NCBI GenBank assembly: GCA_963700145.1
Contig: OY969474.1
Coordinates: 3,936,001-4,000,000, forward strand
DNA: 64,000 nucleotides
Origin: an uncultured Acidobacteriota bacterium
Lineage (GTDB): Bacteria; Acidobacteriota; Thermoanaerobaculia; Multivoradales; UBA5704
Direction: 5' to 3'
In this document: positions 27,859 through 37,045 of the stretch, one piece after another
Layout: each line of letters opens with the position of its first letter
Position numbering within the stretch: the stretch's first letter is position 1
Position numbers and translations under genes: made by a program
The notes under the pieces: generated by a model
The model's input: the letters and a program-made list of their open reading frames with translations, nothing else
What the model was told of the DNA's origin: nothing
The model's database searches: none

Positions 27859-27946
27859 TGTCATCCCGAGCGGAGCGAGGGATCTGGGCGGGGGTTCCGA
27901 TCGGCGCCGGCCCGCCCCCAGATTCCTCGCTTCGCTCGGAATGACA
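27859..27946. repeat. REP/RPE-like palindromic element
   Basis: TGTCATCCCGAGCGGAGCGAGGGATCTGGG...CCCAGATTCCTCGCTTCGCTCGGAATGACA long inverted repeat. Confidence 0.85.
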
Positions 27947-27961
27947 TCGCGGTACGTCTGC

Positions 27962-29077
27962 TCACGGCACTGTCGCCTGCGTCTCGGGCCCGGCCTCGCT
28001 CTCGTTGCCCTGTTGGTCGACGGCGGTGACGCGGTAGGTGTAGGCGCGGCCGGCGGCGACGTCGGTGTCGCTGTACTCAAGGGCGGCGAGCGGCTCGGCG
28101 GTGAGCTTGCGCCAGGCGCCGGCGCCTTCGCGGCGGTAGACCAGGTAGCCCGCGAGGTCGGCGGCGGGGCTGGAGCGCCAGACGAGGCGCACCCGGCCGC
28201 TCTCGGCGAGCGCCACGAGGTCGGCCGGCGGCGGCGGCGCGAAGCGGTCGAGGTAGCGCACCTCGCGCTCGGCCTGGACGGCGCTCTCGACGAGCGGCGC
28301 GGTGCGCCCGACGCTGGTGACGGCGTAGATGTAGCTGGCGCCGAAGGCGGCGGTGGTGTCGAGGTGGCGGGTGGCGGTGGGCGGCAGGGTCGCCAGCGGC
28401 TGGCGGCCGTCGCGCGCCGTCGCCTCGCGGCGGTAGACGTTGAACCCCTTGACCGCCTCGCCGCCGTGCGACGGCGGCCGCCAGGTGATCTCGATCCCCT
28501 CGGCGGTCGGCGTGACGTTCAGCTCCTCCGGCGCCGGCGGCGGCGCCTGGGTCACCAGGATCGCCTGGTTGGAGATCGCCGAGCGGTCCCCCTCGGGCCC
28601 GACGGTGCGGACGACGTAGTGGTGCGCCACCGGCCCCTCGGCCGGCACCGGCGGCGCCGGCAGGCGGAGGAGCAAGCGGTCGCCGGCGGCGGCGGAGGCC
28701 AGCTCGGGCCCTTCGAGGCGGAGGAGGAGCTTGGCGGCGGCCTCGAGCTGCCGCGGGTCGAGCGGCGGCGGCTCTCCCTCGCGCGGCGCCGGGCGCACCG
28801 CGTCCCAGACCTCGAGGGCGCTGAGGCCGCCGAGCAGGACGCCCGCCGGCGTCGTCTGCGGGTAGCCGAGCTCGAAGAGGAGCTGCGGGCCGCGCTGCAC
28901 GACCGTCAGGTCCTGCGTCGGCGCCGGCACCATGCGCAGCGGCGGCGCCGGCGGGCCCTCCTTGCCGCAGGCGGTGAGGGTGAGCAAGAGGCAAGCGACA
29001 ACCGCTGTCGCGCCACCCTGCCCCCAGATCCCTCGCTCACGCTCGGGATGACAATGGTGGCCGTTCGTGCGCTTCAA
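27962..29077 (-). CDS. Lipoprotein with LptM-like N-terminus (CGKEGPP) and Fn3 domains
   Basis: TTG start overlaps the hslU stop; lipobox LTAC; Fn3 motifs [22 protein letters not shown]. Confidence 0.8.
   Translation of the reverse strand: MKRTNGHHCHPERERGIWGQGGATAVVACLLLTLTACGKEGPPAPPLRMVPAPTQDLTVVQRGPQLLFELGYPQTTPAGVLLGGLSALEVWDAVRPAPREGEPPPLDPRQLEAAAKLLLRLEGPELASAAAGDRLLLRLPAPPVPAEGPVAHHYVVRTVGPEGDRSAISNQAILVTQAPPPAPEELNVTPTAEGIEITWRPPSHGGEAVKGFNVYRREATARDGRQPLATLPPTATRHLDTTAAFGASYIYAVTSVGRTAPLVESAVQAEREVRYLDRFAPPPPADLVALAESGRVRLVWRSSPAADLAGYLVYRREGAGAWRKLTAEPLAALEYSDTDVAAGRAYTYRVTAVDQQGNESEAGPETQATVP
29021..29052. repeat. Single arm of the same REP/RPE element inside the lipoprotein 5' coding region
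   Basis: CCCCCAGATCCCTCGCTCACGCTCGGGATGACA, nearly identical to the arm at 27916-27946. Confidence 0.75.
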
Positions 29078-30468
29078 AGCACGTACCGGGAGAGGTCCTG
29101 GTCCTGGACGATGTCGACCAGGGCCTTGCGCACGTAGGCGCCGTCGACGGCGAGCGTCACGCCCGCCATGTCGGGGGCGCCGAAGGAGACCTCGTCGAGC
29201 ACCCGCTCCATCAGCGTCGCCAGGCGCCGCGCGCCGATGTTCTCGGTCGCCGAGTTGACCTCGACCGCCAGCCGCGCCAGCTCGGTCACCGCGTCGTCGG
29301 TGAAGGAGAGCGACAGGCCCTCGGTCGAGAGCAGCGCCGCGTACTGCTTGGTGAGCGCGGTCTCGGGCTCGGTCAGGATGCGCACGAAGTCGTGCTCGGT
29401 CAGGGCGTCGAGCTCCACGCGGATGGGGAACCGCCCCTGCAGCTCCGGGATCAGGTCCGAGGGCTTGGAGACGTGGAAGGCGCCGGCGGCGATGAACAGG
29501 ATGTGGTCGGTCTTGACGACGCCGTACTTGGTCGAGACCGTCGTCCCCTCGACGATCGGCAGCAGGTCGCGCTGCACCCCCTCGCGCGAGACGTCCGGGC
29601 CGCGCGAGCCTTCGCGGCCGGCGATCTTGTCGATCTCGTCGAGGAAGATCATGCCGCCCTGCTCGACGCGGTGGCGGGCCTCGCGCGCCACGGTGGCGCG
29701 GTCGATCAGCTTCTCCGACTCCTGCTGGTGGAGGATCTCCTTGGCCTCGGCCACCGTCACCTGCTGCTTCTTCTTCCGCCCGAAGAGGCCGGGGAGCATG
29801 TCCTTGACGTTGATCCCCACCTCCTCGACGCCCTGCGGCGTGAACATCTCCATGCTCGGGAAGCTGGCGTCGTCGACCTCGATCTCGACGTGCCGCGCGT
29901 CGAGCGCCCCCGAGCGCAGCTTGGCGCGGAACTTCTCGCGCGTCGCCGACAGCTCGTCGAGGTCCTCGTCGCTCTCGCTGCGCAGGTAGCTCGACACCGG
30001 CCGCGGCGGCACCAGGAGCTGGAGGAGGCGCTCCTCGGCGTTCCTGGCGGCGGCCTCGCGCACCGCCTCGCGCTTCTCCTCGCGCACCATGCCGACGGCG
30101 ATCTCCACCAGGTCGCGCACCATCGACTCGACGTCGCGCCCGACGTAGCCCACCTCGGTGAACTTGCTCGCCTCGACCTTCATGAAGGGCGCCTTGGCGA
30201 GCTTGGCCAGGCGGCGGGCGATCTCGGTCTTGCCGACGCCGGTGGGGCCGATCATCAGGATGTTCTTGGGCGCGATCTCCTCGGCGATCTCGGGCGGCAG
30301 CTGCTGGCGCCGCCAGCGGTTGCGCAGGGCGATCGCCACCGCGCGCTTGGCGTCGTGCTGGCCGACGACGTACTTGTCGAGCTCGCCGACGATCTGCCGC
30401 GGCGTCATGTTGTCGAGGGCGCCGGCCTGGGCGTCGCCGGCGGGGTGCCCCTTGAGCTCGAGCGACAT
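29074..30468 (-). CDS. hslU: ATP-dependent protease ATPase subunit HslU
   Basis: [46 protein letters not shown]. Confidence 0.97.
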   Translation of the reverse strand: MSLELKGHPAGDAQAGALDNMTPRQIVGELDKYVVGQHDAKRAVAIALRNRWRRQQLPPEIAEEIAPKNILMIGPTGVGKTEIARRLAKLAKAPFMKVEASKFTEVGYVGRDVESMVRDLVEIAVGMVREEKREAVREAAARNAEERLLQLLVPPRPVSSYLRSESDEDLDELSATREKFRAKLRSGALDARHVEIEVDDASFPSMEMFTPQGVEEVGINVKDMLPGLFGRKKKQQVTVAEAKEILHQQESEKLIDRATVAREARHRVEQGGMIFLDEIDKIAGREGSRGPDVSREGVQRDLLPIVEGTTVSTKYGVVKTDHILFIAAGAFHVSKPSDLIPELQGRFPIRVELDALTEHDFVRILTEPETALTKQYAALLSTEGLSLSFTDDAVTELARLAVEVNSATENIGARRLATLMERVLDEVSFGAPDMAGVTLAVDGAYVRKALVDIVQDQDLSRYVL

Positions 30469-30471
30469 GGC

Positions 30472-31020
30472 CTAGAGCTCCTCGACCGTCAGCTGCTCGT
30501 TGGTGAAGACGCAGATCTCGGCGGCGATGCGCATCGCCTCGCGCACGATCTCGGCGGCGTCGAGCTTCGTGTGGCGCAGCAGGGCGCGCGCCGCGGCGAG
30601 GGCGAAGTTGGCGCCGGAGCCGACCGCCAGCACCCCGTCCTCCTCGTCCGGCTGCAGCAGCTCGCCGGTGCCCGAGACGTAGAAGCTCTTCTCCTTGTCG
30701 GCCACCAGGAGCATCGCCTGGAGCTGGCGCAGGGCGCGGTCGGTGCGCCAGTCCTTGGCCAGCTCGACGACGGCGCGCTCGAGGTTCCCGCCGAACTCCT
30801 CGAGCTTGGCCTCCAGCCGGGTGAAGAGGGCGAGGGCGTCGGCGCCGCCGCCGGCGAAGCCGACCAGCACCTTCCCCTTCCCCGCCCGCCGCACCTTGCG
30901 CGCGCTCGCCTTGACGATGGTGTTGCTGTTCATCGTCACCTGGCCGTCGCTCGCCATGCACACCTTGCCGTCGCGGCGCACCAGGAGCACGGTCGTCGAA
31001 TGGAAGGTAGACGTGTCCAC
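30472..31020 (-). CDS. hslV: ATP-dependent protease subunit HslV
   Basis: [35 protein letters not shown]. Confidence 0.97.
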   Translation of the reverse strand: MDTSTFHSTTVLLVRRDGKVCMASDGQVTMNSNTIVKASARKVRRAGKGKVLVGFAGGGADALALFTRLEAKLEEFGGNLERAVVELAKDWRTDRALRQLQAMLLVADKEKSFYVSGTGELLQPDEEDGVLAVGSGANFALAAARALLRHTKLDAAEIVREAMRIAAEICVFTNEQLTVEEL

Positions 31021-31089
31021 GGGGGAGGGATTCTAGCGCGGGGCTCGCGGGAGGCCCGGGAAGGGTGGCGGAACGTCCCCCAGAGGCCC

Positions 31090-31400
31090 GGGAGATGCCC
31101 CGGCGCGGCCTGGAGATCCCCCGGCGGAGCCCGAGATGTCCTCCCGGAGCCTCGGAATGTCCTCCGCAGCCCGCGGAATGCATTCCCAGCGGCCGGGAAT
31201 GTATTCCGAGGCGCCGGGAATCCATTCCGAGCGCGGCGGAATCGATTCCGAAGCCCTGGGAATCTATTCCGAGCGCCCGGGAATCGATTCCCAAGCGCTC
31301 GGAATCCATTCCCAGGCTCCGGGAACCTATTCCGAAGCCTCGGGAGCTCATCTCCCACGGCTCGGAGGCGATCTCCAGCGGCTCGCGGGAGCCTCCCGCC
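31090..31400. repeat. 21-bp-period palindromic array C
   Basis: GGAAT-NN-ATTCC core + 9 variable nt every 21 bp (31154-31342), degenerating at both ends. Confidence 0.9.
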
Positions 31401-31480
31401 GCTCCGGGGCCGAGCCGGACCCCTGAGTCCAAGCCAGTTTGACGCGAGGTACGCCTCTGGCGTACGGTGTGCCGGGGCCG

Positions 31481-31798
31481 ATGCTCCTCATCGAGACCGC
31501 GGTCTTCACGCGCCGGGTGCAGGCGCTCCTGCAGGACGATGAGTACCGTCTCCTTCAGCTCCACCTGGCCGGGCAGCCGGATGCCGGGCCTGTGATCAAG
31601 GGCGCCGGCGGCTTGCGAAAGGCACGCTGGTCGGTTGGAGCACGCGGCAAGCGCGGAGGCGTACGGGTGATCTACTACTGGGCGAAGCCACAGGATCGCA
31701 TCCTCATGCTGTTGATCTACTCGAAGGCTGAGCGCGACGACCTCACCAGGGCTCAGATAGGAATTCTGCGAAAGATCGTGGAGGACGAGTATTCATGA
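31481..31798 (+). CDS. RelE/HigB-2-like toxin
   Basis: IETAVF, GGLRKARW, GKRGGVRVIYY, LLIYSK. Confidence 0.9.
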   Translation: MLLIETAVFTRRVQALLQDDEYRLLQLHLAGQPDAGPVIKGAGGLRKARWSVGARGKRGGVRVIYYWAKPQDRILMLLIYSKAERDDLTRAQIGILRKIVEDEYS

Positions 31799-32097
31799 AG
31801 CAGGAGTTGTTCTCCGAGTTGGTTGAGAGCGTTCGCGAGGGTGGCGCCATTCTCAAGGGCAAGGCGAAACCGTCACGGGTCTTCGAGGTGAAGACGCCGG
31901 AGGTTCGGGAGATTCGGGAAGCCTACGACCTCTCGCAAGCCGAGTTCGCGGCATTGCTCGGCATCAGCGTCGACACCGTCCAGAACTGGGAACAGGGTCG
32001 GCGCATGCCTGCCGGGCCGGCAAAGATCCTCCTGCAGGTCGTCGCCAAGCACCCCGAGGCAGTCTGGGACGTCGTAAGACCAAAGCAGACAGCGTGA
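31795..32097 (+). CDS. HigA-like XRE HTH antitoxin
   Basis: LSQAEFAALLGISVDTVQNWEQGRRMPAGPA; ATGA overlap with the toxin. Confidence 0.9.
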   Translation: MKQELFSELVESVREGGAILKGKAKPSRVFEVKTPEVREIREAYDLSQAEFAALLGISVDTVQNWEQGRRMPAGPAKILLQVVAKHPEAVWDVVRPKQTA

Positions 32098-32101
32098 AAC
32101 T

Positions 32102-32185
32102 GTGGAATTCCAGCTCGATGACGCCCTGGAGATTCTGGCGCGGACGCCTGCCGCGCTCGCCGGCCTGCTCGACGGCATCGGCCCG
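32102..32185 (+). pseudogene. Truncated 5' 28 codons of a DinB-family gene
   Basis: 77/84 nt identical to 34085-34168 (counted by hand). Confidence 0.85.
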
Positions 32186-32342
32186 TGCGTTATCGGTTCG
32201 AGAGCACCGCTGCGCTCCAAGCTATGTGCAGAGATCCGGATACTTCTTCAAGCGTTGACAGCCTCTCCTGCCCACCAATAGACTTCCCAGTAGAAGAAGC
32301 GCGAGCTACGCACGGCACTTTTGAGTTCCATCAGGGGGCAAA

Positions 32343-32759
32343 ATGCGTGAAGCCAAGCTCTTTGACTCACATGGTTTCGTCGTCACAACGGAGCGGTTCG
32401 TCTACGGCTCCAAGGTCGTGCCACTAGCCGAAATCACAATCGCTATGGCAAACATCATCCGAGGTTGGGCCGCCTTGATCATCGCTGTAATCGGTATAGG
32501 ACTGGTTGTATGGGGCGGAGTTCTCTTGAAGATCCTGGGTCTAGGCTTGCTACCCGTAGCCTATCTCGTCTTTATTCGGATGACCGAACGCCTAGTCGTT
32601 GTGGCAACTAAAGATGGCAAGTTCATGGAGTTCAAAGTCGAAACAACCGAGCTGCTCGAAAATGTAGTAGGAGCTATCAACAATGCGCTCCGGGACCGGC
32701 AGAGAGCCCACGCAGCAAATCTGCGGGCCGAACTCGATAGCCTTCCAAGTGTGAGGTGA
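32343..32759 (+). CDS. DUF6232-like two-TM membrane protein
   Basis: VVTTERFVYGSKVVPLAEIT + two TM segments + VVGAINNAL; lower GC than flanks. Confidence 0.7.
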   Translation: MREAKLFDSHGFVVTTERFVYGSKVVPLAEITIAMANIIRGWAALIIAVIGIGLVVWGGVLLKILGLGLLPVAYLVFIRMTERLVVVATKDGKFMEFKVETTELLENVVGAINNALRDRQRAHAANLRAELDSLPSVR

Positions 32760-32792
32760 CAGACTATTTACCAAAGTGGATAGGAGATAACC

Positions 32793-32936
32793 ATGGCAAA
32801 GGGCAAGAAGTGCCCGCAATGCGGCCATCAGATGTATGCTATATCTGAGGATCATCAGCCAAAAGGAACATGGGTGGTGTACGAATGCCGGAATGGTAGC
32901 TGCAAGTTTCAAGAGAAAGTCTTTGAAGGCCGATAA
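32793..32936 (+). CDS. Small zinc-ribbon protein (47 aa)
   Basis: AGGAG RBS; MAKGKKCPQCGHQM...YECRNGSCKFQEKVFEGR (CxxC...CxxxxC); below the ORF-track cutoff. Confidence 0.75.
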   Translation: MAKGKKCPQCGHQMYAISEDHQPKGTWVVYECRNGSCKFQEKVFEGR

Positions 32937-32970
32937 GGTCGGATAGGCTGATCGGCAAATTGAGGCGCCT

Positions 32971-34032
32971 ATGGGCAGGGCTGAAGACATCTTTGAGCGG
33001 ATCTCGCTGGAAGGCGAGGCAGCTATAGACGAATTCATCCTGACGCGAAAGTCCGAGGAGCTCTTCCTTGACTTTAAACGATCGGCGGATGAGGGCAGTG
33101 CGGGCCACTTACACCAAAACGACCGCAACAATCTAGGACGAGCTATATCCGGCTTTGCAAACTCCGAAGGCGGTGTAATCGTCTGGGGCGTGGACTGCCG
33201 CCCCGGACCAGGCGGTGCAGATGTTGCTCGATTCAAGTTCCCTTTAGTCGATAGCGCGGCGTTCGCAAGCTGGCTAGAGAGCGCTGTGTCAGGATGTACC
33301 ATGCCAGCCTGCACCGGCGTTCGAAGCATTTCCATAGCAGGGAATGAAGACGCCGGATTCGCCGCCACCTACATTCCAAAGAGTGCCCGCGCTCCTCATC
33401 AGGATCTAGCCAGGGGCGGTTACTATATCCGGGCAGGTTCGGACTTCTTGCCGGCTCCCTATGGTGTGCTTGCCGGTCTATTTGGGAAGCGTCCTGAACC
33501 CTTCGTGTTCCACCAGCTCTACATTGAGAAATCGATCCAGATCTCCTCTCAAGAGTCGGCTGTCGATGCGGTCGTTGGATTTGTTCTCGTCAGTGACGGC
33601 CCGGGAATCGCACGAGATCTCTTCATGAGCTTGGATCTCCTCCATCCTGGCGGAAAATCGTCATTTTTCCTGGAGCACACTCACGAGACCATCTTTGACT
33701 ACTATCACCACTTCGGTATTCACCTGAGCGTGATCAGCAAGGACGGCTTCAAGCTTCCCCCTGGTGGGCGAATCCACGTCCTCACCATTAAGATTCATCT
33801 CGTTCCACCTTTCACAGGCGATGGTCTCTATCTCAACTTAAGCTACGGTTGCTCCGGAGCGCCGACAAGGCAGAGAACACTCACGCGCGAGGCAACCACG
33901 TTAGAGCGGCTTTGCCGAACAATCGGAGGCTTGCCGAGCGAGGAGAGGAATGCGTTTTTCATAAGCGAGTTTCTCGGGGAACTCGGGCCAGGGGAACTCA
34001 CCGAAAGGTCACCGATGGTTGGGGAGAGGTGA
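32971..34032 (+). CDS. Schlafen/AlbA_2-domain protein with unknown C-terminal domain
   Basis: SEELFLDFK, ISGFANSEGGVIVWGV, PHQ, YYIRAGS. Confidence 0.85.
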   Translation: MGRAEDIFERISLEGEAAIDEFILTRKSEELFLDFKRSADEGSAGHLHQNDRNNLGRAISGFANSEGGVIVWGVDCRPGPGGADVARFKFPLVDSAAFASWLESAVSGCTMPACTGVRSISIAGNEDAGFAATYIPKSARAPHQDLARGGYYIRAGSDFLPAPYGVLAGLFGKRPEPFVFHQLYIEKSIQISSQESAVDAVVGFVLVSDGPGIARDLFMSLDLLHPGGKSSFFLEHTHETIFDYYHHFGIHLSVISKDGFKLPPGGRIHVLTIKIHLVPPFTGDGLYLNLSYGCSGAPTRQRTLTREATTLERLCRTIGGLPSEERNAFFISEFLGELGPGELTERSPMVGER

Positions 34033-34084
34033 TGCAGCGGCTTCCGGTGGGGCCGGGAGTTCTAACCCGGGGATCTGGCTAGCC

Positions 34085-34615
34085 GTGGAATTCCAGCTCG
34101 ATGACGCCCTGGACGTTCTGGCGCGGACGCCCGCCGCGCTTGCGGGGCTGCTCGACGGGATCGGCCCGGGGTGGCAGGGGGCGAACGAGGGGCCGGAGAC
34201 GTGGAGCCCCGTCGACGTCCTGGGGCACCTGATCCACGGCGAGGAGACCGACTGGGTGCCGCGCGCCCGGATCATCCTCGAGCGGGGCGAGGCGCGGCCG
34301 TTCGATCCGTTCGACCGGTGGGCACAATTCACGCGTTTCGAGGGCTGGTCGCTGCCGGCTCTCCTCGCCCGCTTCGCAGAGTTGCGCGGCGAGAACCTGG
34401 CGACGGTCCGCGGCTGGAACCTGACGAGCGAGCAGCTCGACCGCCGCGGCCGCCACCCGGAGCTCGAGATGGTCACGCTGCGCCAGCTCCTCGCCACCTG
34501 GGTGGTGCACGACCTCGATCACGTGGCGCAGATCGCGCGCGTCATGGCCAAGCGCTACGCCGCGGACGTCGGCCCCTGGGAGAAGTACCATTCGATCCTG
34601 CGAGACCGCCGATGA
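34085..34615 (+). CDS. DinB/YfiT-family protein
   Basis: TWSPVDVLGHLIHGEETDW, TWVVHDLDHVAQI. Confidence 0.9.
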   Translation: MEFQLDDALDVLARTPAALAGLLDGIGPGWQGANEGPETWSPVDVLGHLIHGEETDWVPRARIILERGEARPFDPFDRWAQFTRFEGWSLPALLARFAELRGENLATVRGWNLTSEQLDRRGRHPELEMVTLRQLLATWVVHDLDHVAQIARVMAKRYAADVGPWEKYHSILRDRR

Positions 34616-35598
34616 CCGCTTTCCTCGCCACCCTTCCCCTCGCGCTCCTCGCTCTCGGCGCCGCGGCGCCGCAGCCTGCCACCGTCGAGATCCGCGAGTG
34701 GCCGGTGCCGTGGAAAGACACCCGGCCGCGCGACCCGGCCGTCGACCGGCAGGGGCGCGTCTGGTTCGTCGGGCAGCGCGGCGACTACGTCGGCTGGCTC
34801 GATCCGGCGTCCGGGGAGTTCGGGCGCCACGACCTCGAGGCGGGCAGCGGGCCGCACAACGTGATCGTCGGCGCCGACGGCCAGCTCTGGGTGGCGGGCA
34901 ACACCGCCGCCTACATCGGCCGCATGGACCCGAAGACCGGCAAGGTCGTCAAGTACGCGATGCCGGAGGCCGATGCCGGGGACCCGCACACGCTCGTGGC
35001 GGCGGCGGACGGCGACATCTGGTTCACGGTGCAGAGCGGCGGCTACGTCGGCCGCCTCGACCCCGAGAGCGGCGCGGTCCGGCTCGTCAAGGTGCCGACG
35101 CGCGGCGCCCGCCCTTACGGCATCCTCGTCGACCGCAGCGGCCGTGCCTGGTTCAACGAGTTCGGCACTAACGCCGTCGGCGCGGTCGACCCGAAGACGA
35201 TGGCGCTCCGGGAGCACCGGCTGCCCGACGCGGGCGCCCGCGGGCGGCGCATCGCGCTGCCCGGCGACGGCGGCGTCTGGTACGTCGACTACGCGCGCGG
35301 CTTCCTGGCGCGGCTCGATCCCGAGACCGGAAAGGTCCATGAGTGGCAGACGCCCGGCGGCGCCGGGTCGCTCCCCTACGCGATGGCGAGCGACGACCGC
35401 GGCCGCATCTGGCTCGTCGAGACCGGGCCGCAGCCCAACCGCCTGGTCGGCTTCGACCCGAAGCCGCACCGCTTCTTCTCGATCACCGAGATCCCGAGCG
35501 GCGGCAGCAACGTCCGCCACATGGTCTTCGACCCGCGGGAGCGGGCGCTCTGGTTCGGGACCGACAAGAACACCATCGGGCGGGCGCGCCTGCCGTAG
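34612..35598 (+). CDS. Secreted Vgb (streptogramin lyase)-like beta-propeller
   Basis: Repeated GRVWF/IGRMDP/PHTL/PYGI blades; signal peptide. Confidence 0.85.
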   Translation: MTAFLATLPLALLALGAAAPQPATVEIREWPVPWKDTRPRDPAVDRQGRVWFVGQRGDYVGWLDPASGEFGRHDLEAGSGPHNVIVGADGQLWVAGNTAAYIGRMDPKTGKVVKYAMPEADAGDPHTLVAAADGDIWFTVQSGGYVGRLDPESGAVRLVKVPTRGARPYGILVDRSGRAWFNEFGTNAVGAVDPKTMALREHRLPDAGARGRRIALPGDGGVWYVDYARGFLARLDPETGKVHEWQTPGGAGSLPYAMASDDRGRIWLVETGPQPNRLVGFDPKPHRFFSITEIPSGGSNVRHMVFDPRERALWFGTDKNTIGRARLP

Positions 35599-35607
35599 GC
35601 GGCGCGG

Positions 35608-36123
35608 CTAGGGGTGAGGAGCGCCGCCGATCGCGGCGAGGAAACCCTCGGGGTCGTCGGGGGTGACGACCAGCCGCCGCTCGGGCAGCTCGACGAGGAC
35701 GGCGTGGGCGAGGTCGGAGGCGTAGAGATCGAGCTCGCCCAGGAGGTGGGACTCGAAGCCGCCGCTGCCGGCGGTGACGCCGCCGGAGGTGGCCAGCCGC
35801 TCGAGGTGGGCGGTCTCCTCCGCGTCGAGGCGGCGGGCGGCGGCGCCGGCGACGGGGAAGCGCTCGCGGCGGCGGCGCATCTGGATCGCCAGACGGTCGT
35901 CCTCCAGCTCCAGCCAGAGGGGGTCGAGGTCGCCGCTCATCCGCCAGGCGGTCCACGCGGCCAAACCGACGAGGAGGGCGAGGACGCCGTTGCCAATCCG
36001 GCCGAGCGCGAGGGTGGCGGCGCCGACGCCCGCCATCAGCAGCGCCAGCCCGACGAGCAGCCGGCGCAGCCGCCGCCGCCCGCGGGCGATCGCCCCGCCC
36101 GCCGTGCAAAGGAAGCGCGTCAC
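35608..36123 (-). CDS. Membrane protein with bacterial PH-like domain
   Basis: Two TM segments, then GSGGF...LYASDLAHAVLV...VVTPDDPEGF. Confidence 0.65.
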   Translation of the reverse strand: MTRFLCTAGGAIARGRRRLRRLLVGLALLMAGVGAATLALGRIGNGVLALLVGLAAWTAWRMSGDLDPLWLELEDDRLAIQMRRRRERFPVAGAAARRLDAEETAHLERLATSGGVTAGSGGFESHLLGELDLYASDLAHAVLVELPERRLVVTPDDPEGFLAAIGGAPHP

Positions 36124-36130
36124 CGGCCGG

Positions 36131-37045
36131 TCAGCCGCGCCTAGCTCGCGGATGGGCCTCGCGGTAGACATCGAGGAGGTGCTGGACCTCGAGGTGGGTG
36201 TACTTCTGGGTGGTCGAGAGCGAGCTGTGGCCGAGCAGCTCCTGGATCGCGCGCAGGTCGGCCCCCGCCTCCAGCAGGTGGGTGGCGAAGGTGTGGCGCA
36301 GGGTGTGGGGGTGGACGCCGGCGGCCACGCCCGCCGCCGCCGCCCAGCGGTCGAGGACGCGGCGCACCGAGCGGTCGGGGAGCCGGCCCCCACGGGAGCT
36401 CAAAAAGACCGGCTCGCCCGGCAGGTCCGGGGCCCGCAGCCCTTCCCAGACCTGCAGCCAGGCGCGCAGCGCCTCGGCCGCCGGCCGGCCGAAGGGGACC
36501 ATCCGCTCCTTCCCGCCCTTGCCGGTGACGCGTAGCACCCGGCCGCCGAGGTCGACGTCGGGCCAGTCGAGCCCCACCAGCTCGCCCACCCGTAGGCCGG
36601 TGGCGTAGAGCAGCTCGACGATCGCCCGGTCGCGCAGGACGAGCGGCTCGCCGCCCGCCGGCGCCTCGATCAGGTTCTCGACCTCGCCGGGGCGGAGATG
36701 GCGCGGCAGAGTGTGGGGGTGCTTCGGCGTGCGCACGCCGCTGGCCGGGTTGGCGCCGAGGGTCCCCTCGCGGCAGGCGAAGCGGAAGAGGCTGCGGATC
36801 GCCGCCAGCGCCCGCCCCTGGCTGCGCCGCCCGAGGCCGCGCCGGGTCTCGGCGGCGAGGAAGGAGCGGACGGCGAGGGCGTCGACCTCCTGGGGCTGGA
36901 TCGTCTCCGGCGCGCGGGCGAGGAAGTCGCGAGCGAGGAAGTCGAGGAAGCGGAGGAGGTCCCCTTCGTAGGCGCGCAGGGTGTGGCGCGAGAGGCCGCG
37001 CTCCTGCCCCAAGTGCTCGAGGAAGCGATGGATCAGCCGACGCAC
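36131..37045 (-). CDS. xerC: Tyrosine recombinase XerC
   Basis: LYATGLRVGEL, GKGGKER, HPHTLRHTFATHLL, LGHSSLSTTQKY; trmFO/hslVU synteny. Confidence 0.9.
   Translation of the reverse strand: MRRLIHRFLEHLGQERGLSRHTLRAYEGDLLRFLDFLARDFLARAPETIQPQEVDALAVRSFLAAETRRGLGRRSQGRALAAIRSLFRFACREGTLGANPASGVRTPKHPHTLPRHLRPGEVENLIEAPAGGEPLVLRDRAIVELLYATGLRVGELVGLDWPDVDLGGRVLRVTGKGGKERMVPFGRPAAEALRAWLQVWEGLRAPDLPGEPVFLSSRGGRLPDRSVRRVLDRWAAAAGVAAGVHPHTLRHTFATHLLEAGADLRAIQELLGHSSLSTTQKYTHLEVQHLLDVYREAHPRARRG

Noticed and set aside
31065-31442. Heptad-repeat ORFs over the arrays (also 12434-12841, 7771-8442)
   Set aside because: Several frames on both strands are open, with no clear RBS or preferred frame; most likely a by-product of the repeat, though not excluded.
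34612-35598. Vgb-like gene as a streptogramin resistance gene
   Set aside because: The fold family is widespread and this copy is secreted; resistance cannot be inferred from the motifs.
36131-37045. Tyrosine recombinase as an island or integron integrase
   Set aside because: Typical XerC size and motifs, housekeeping synteny, no IntI-specific insertion and no attC-like sites recognised.
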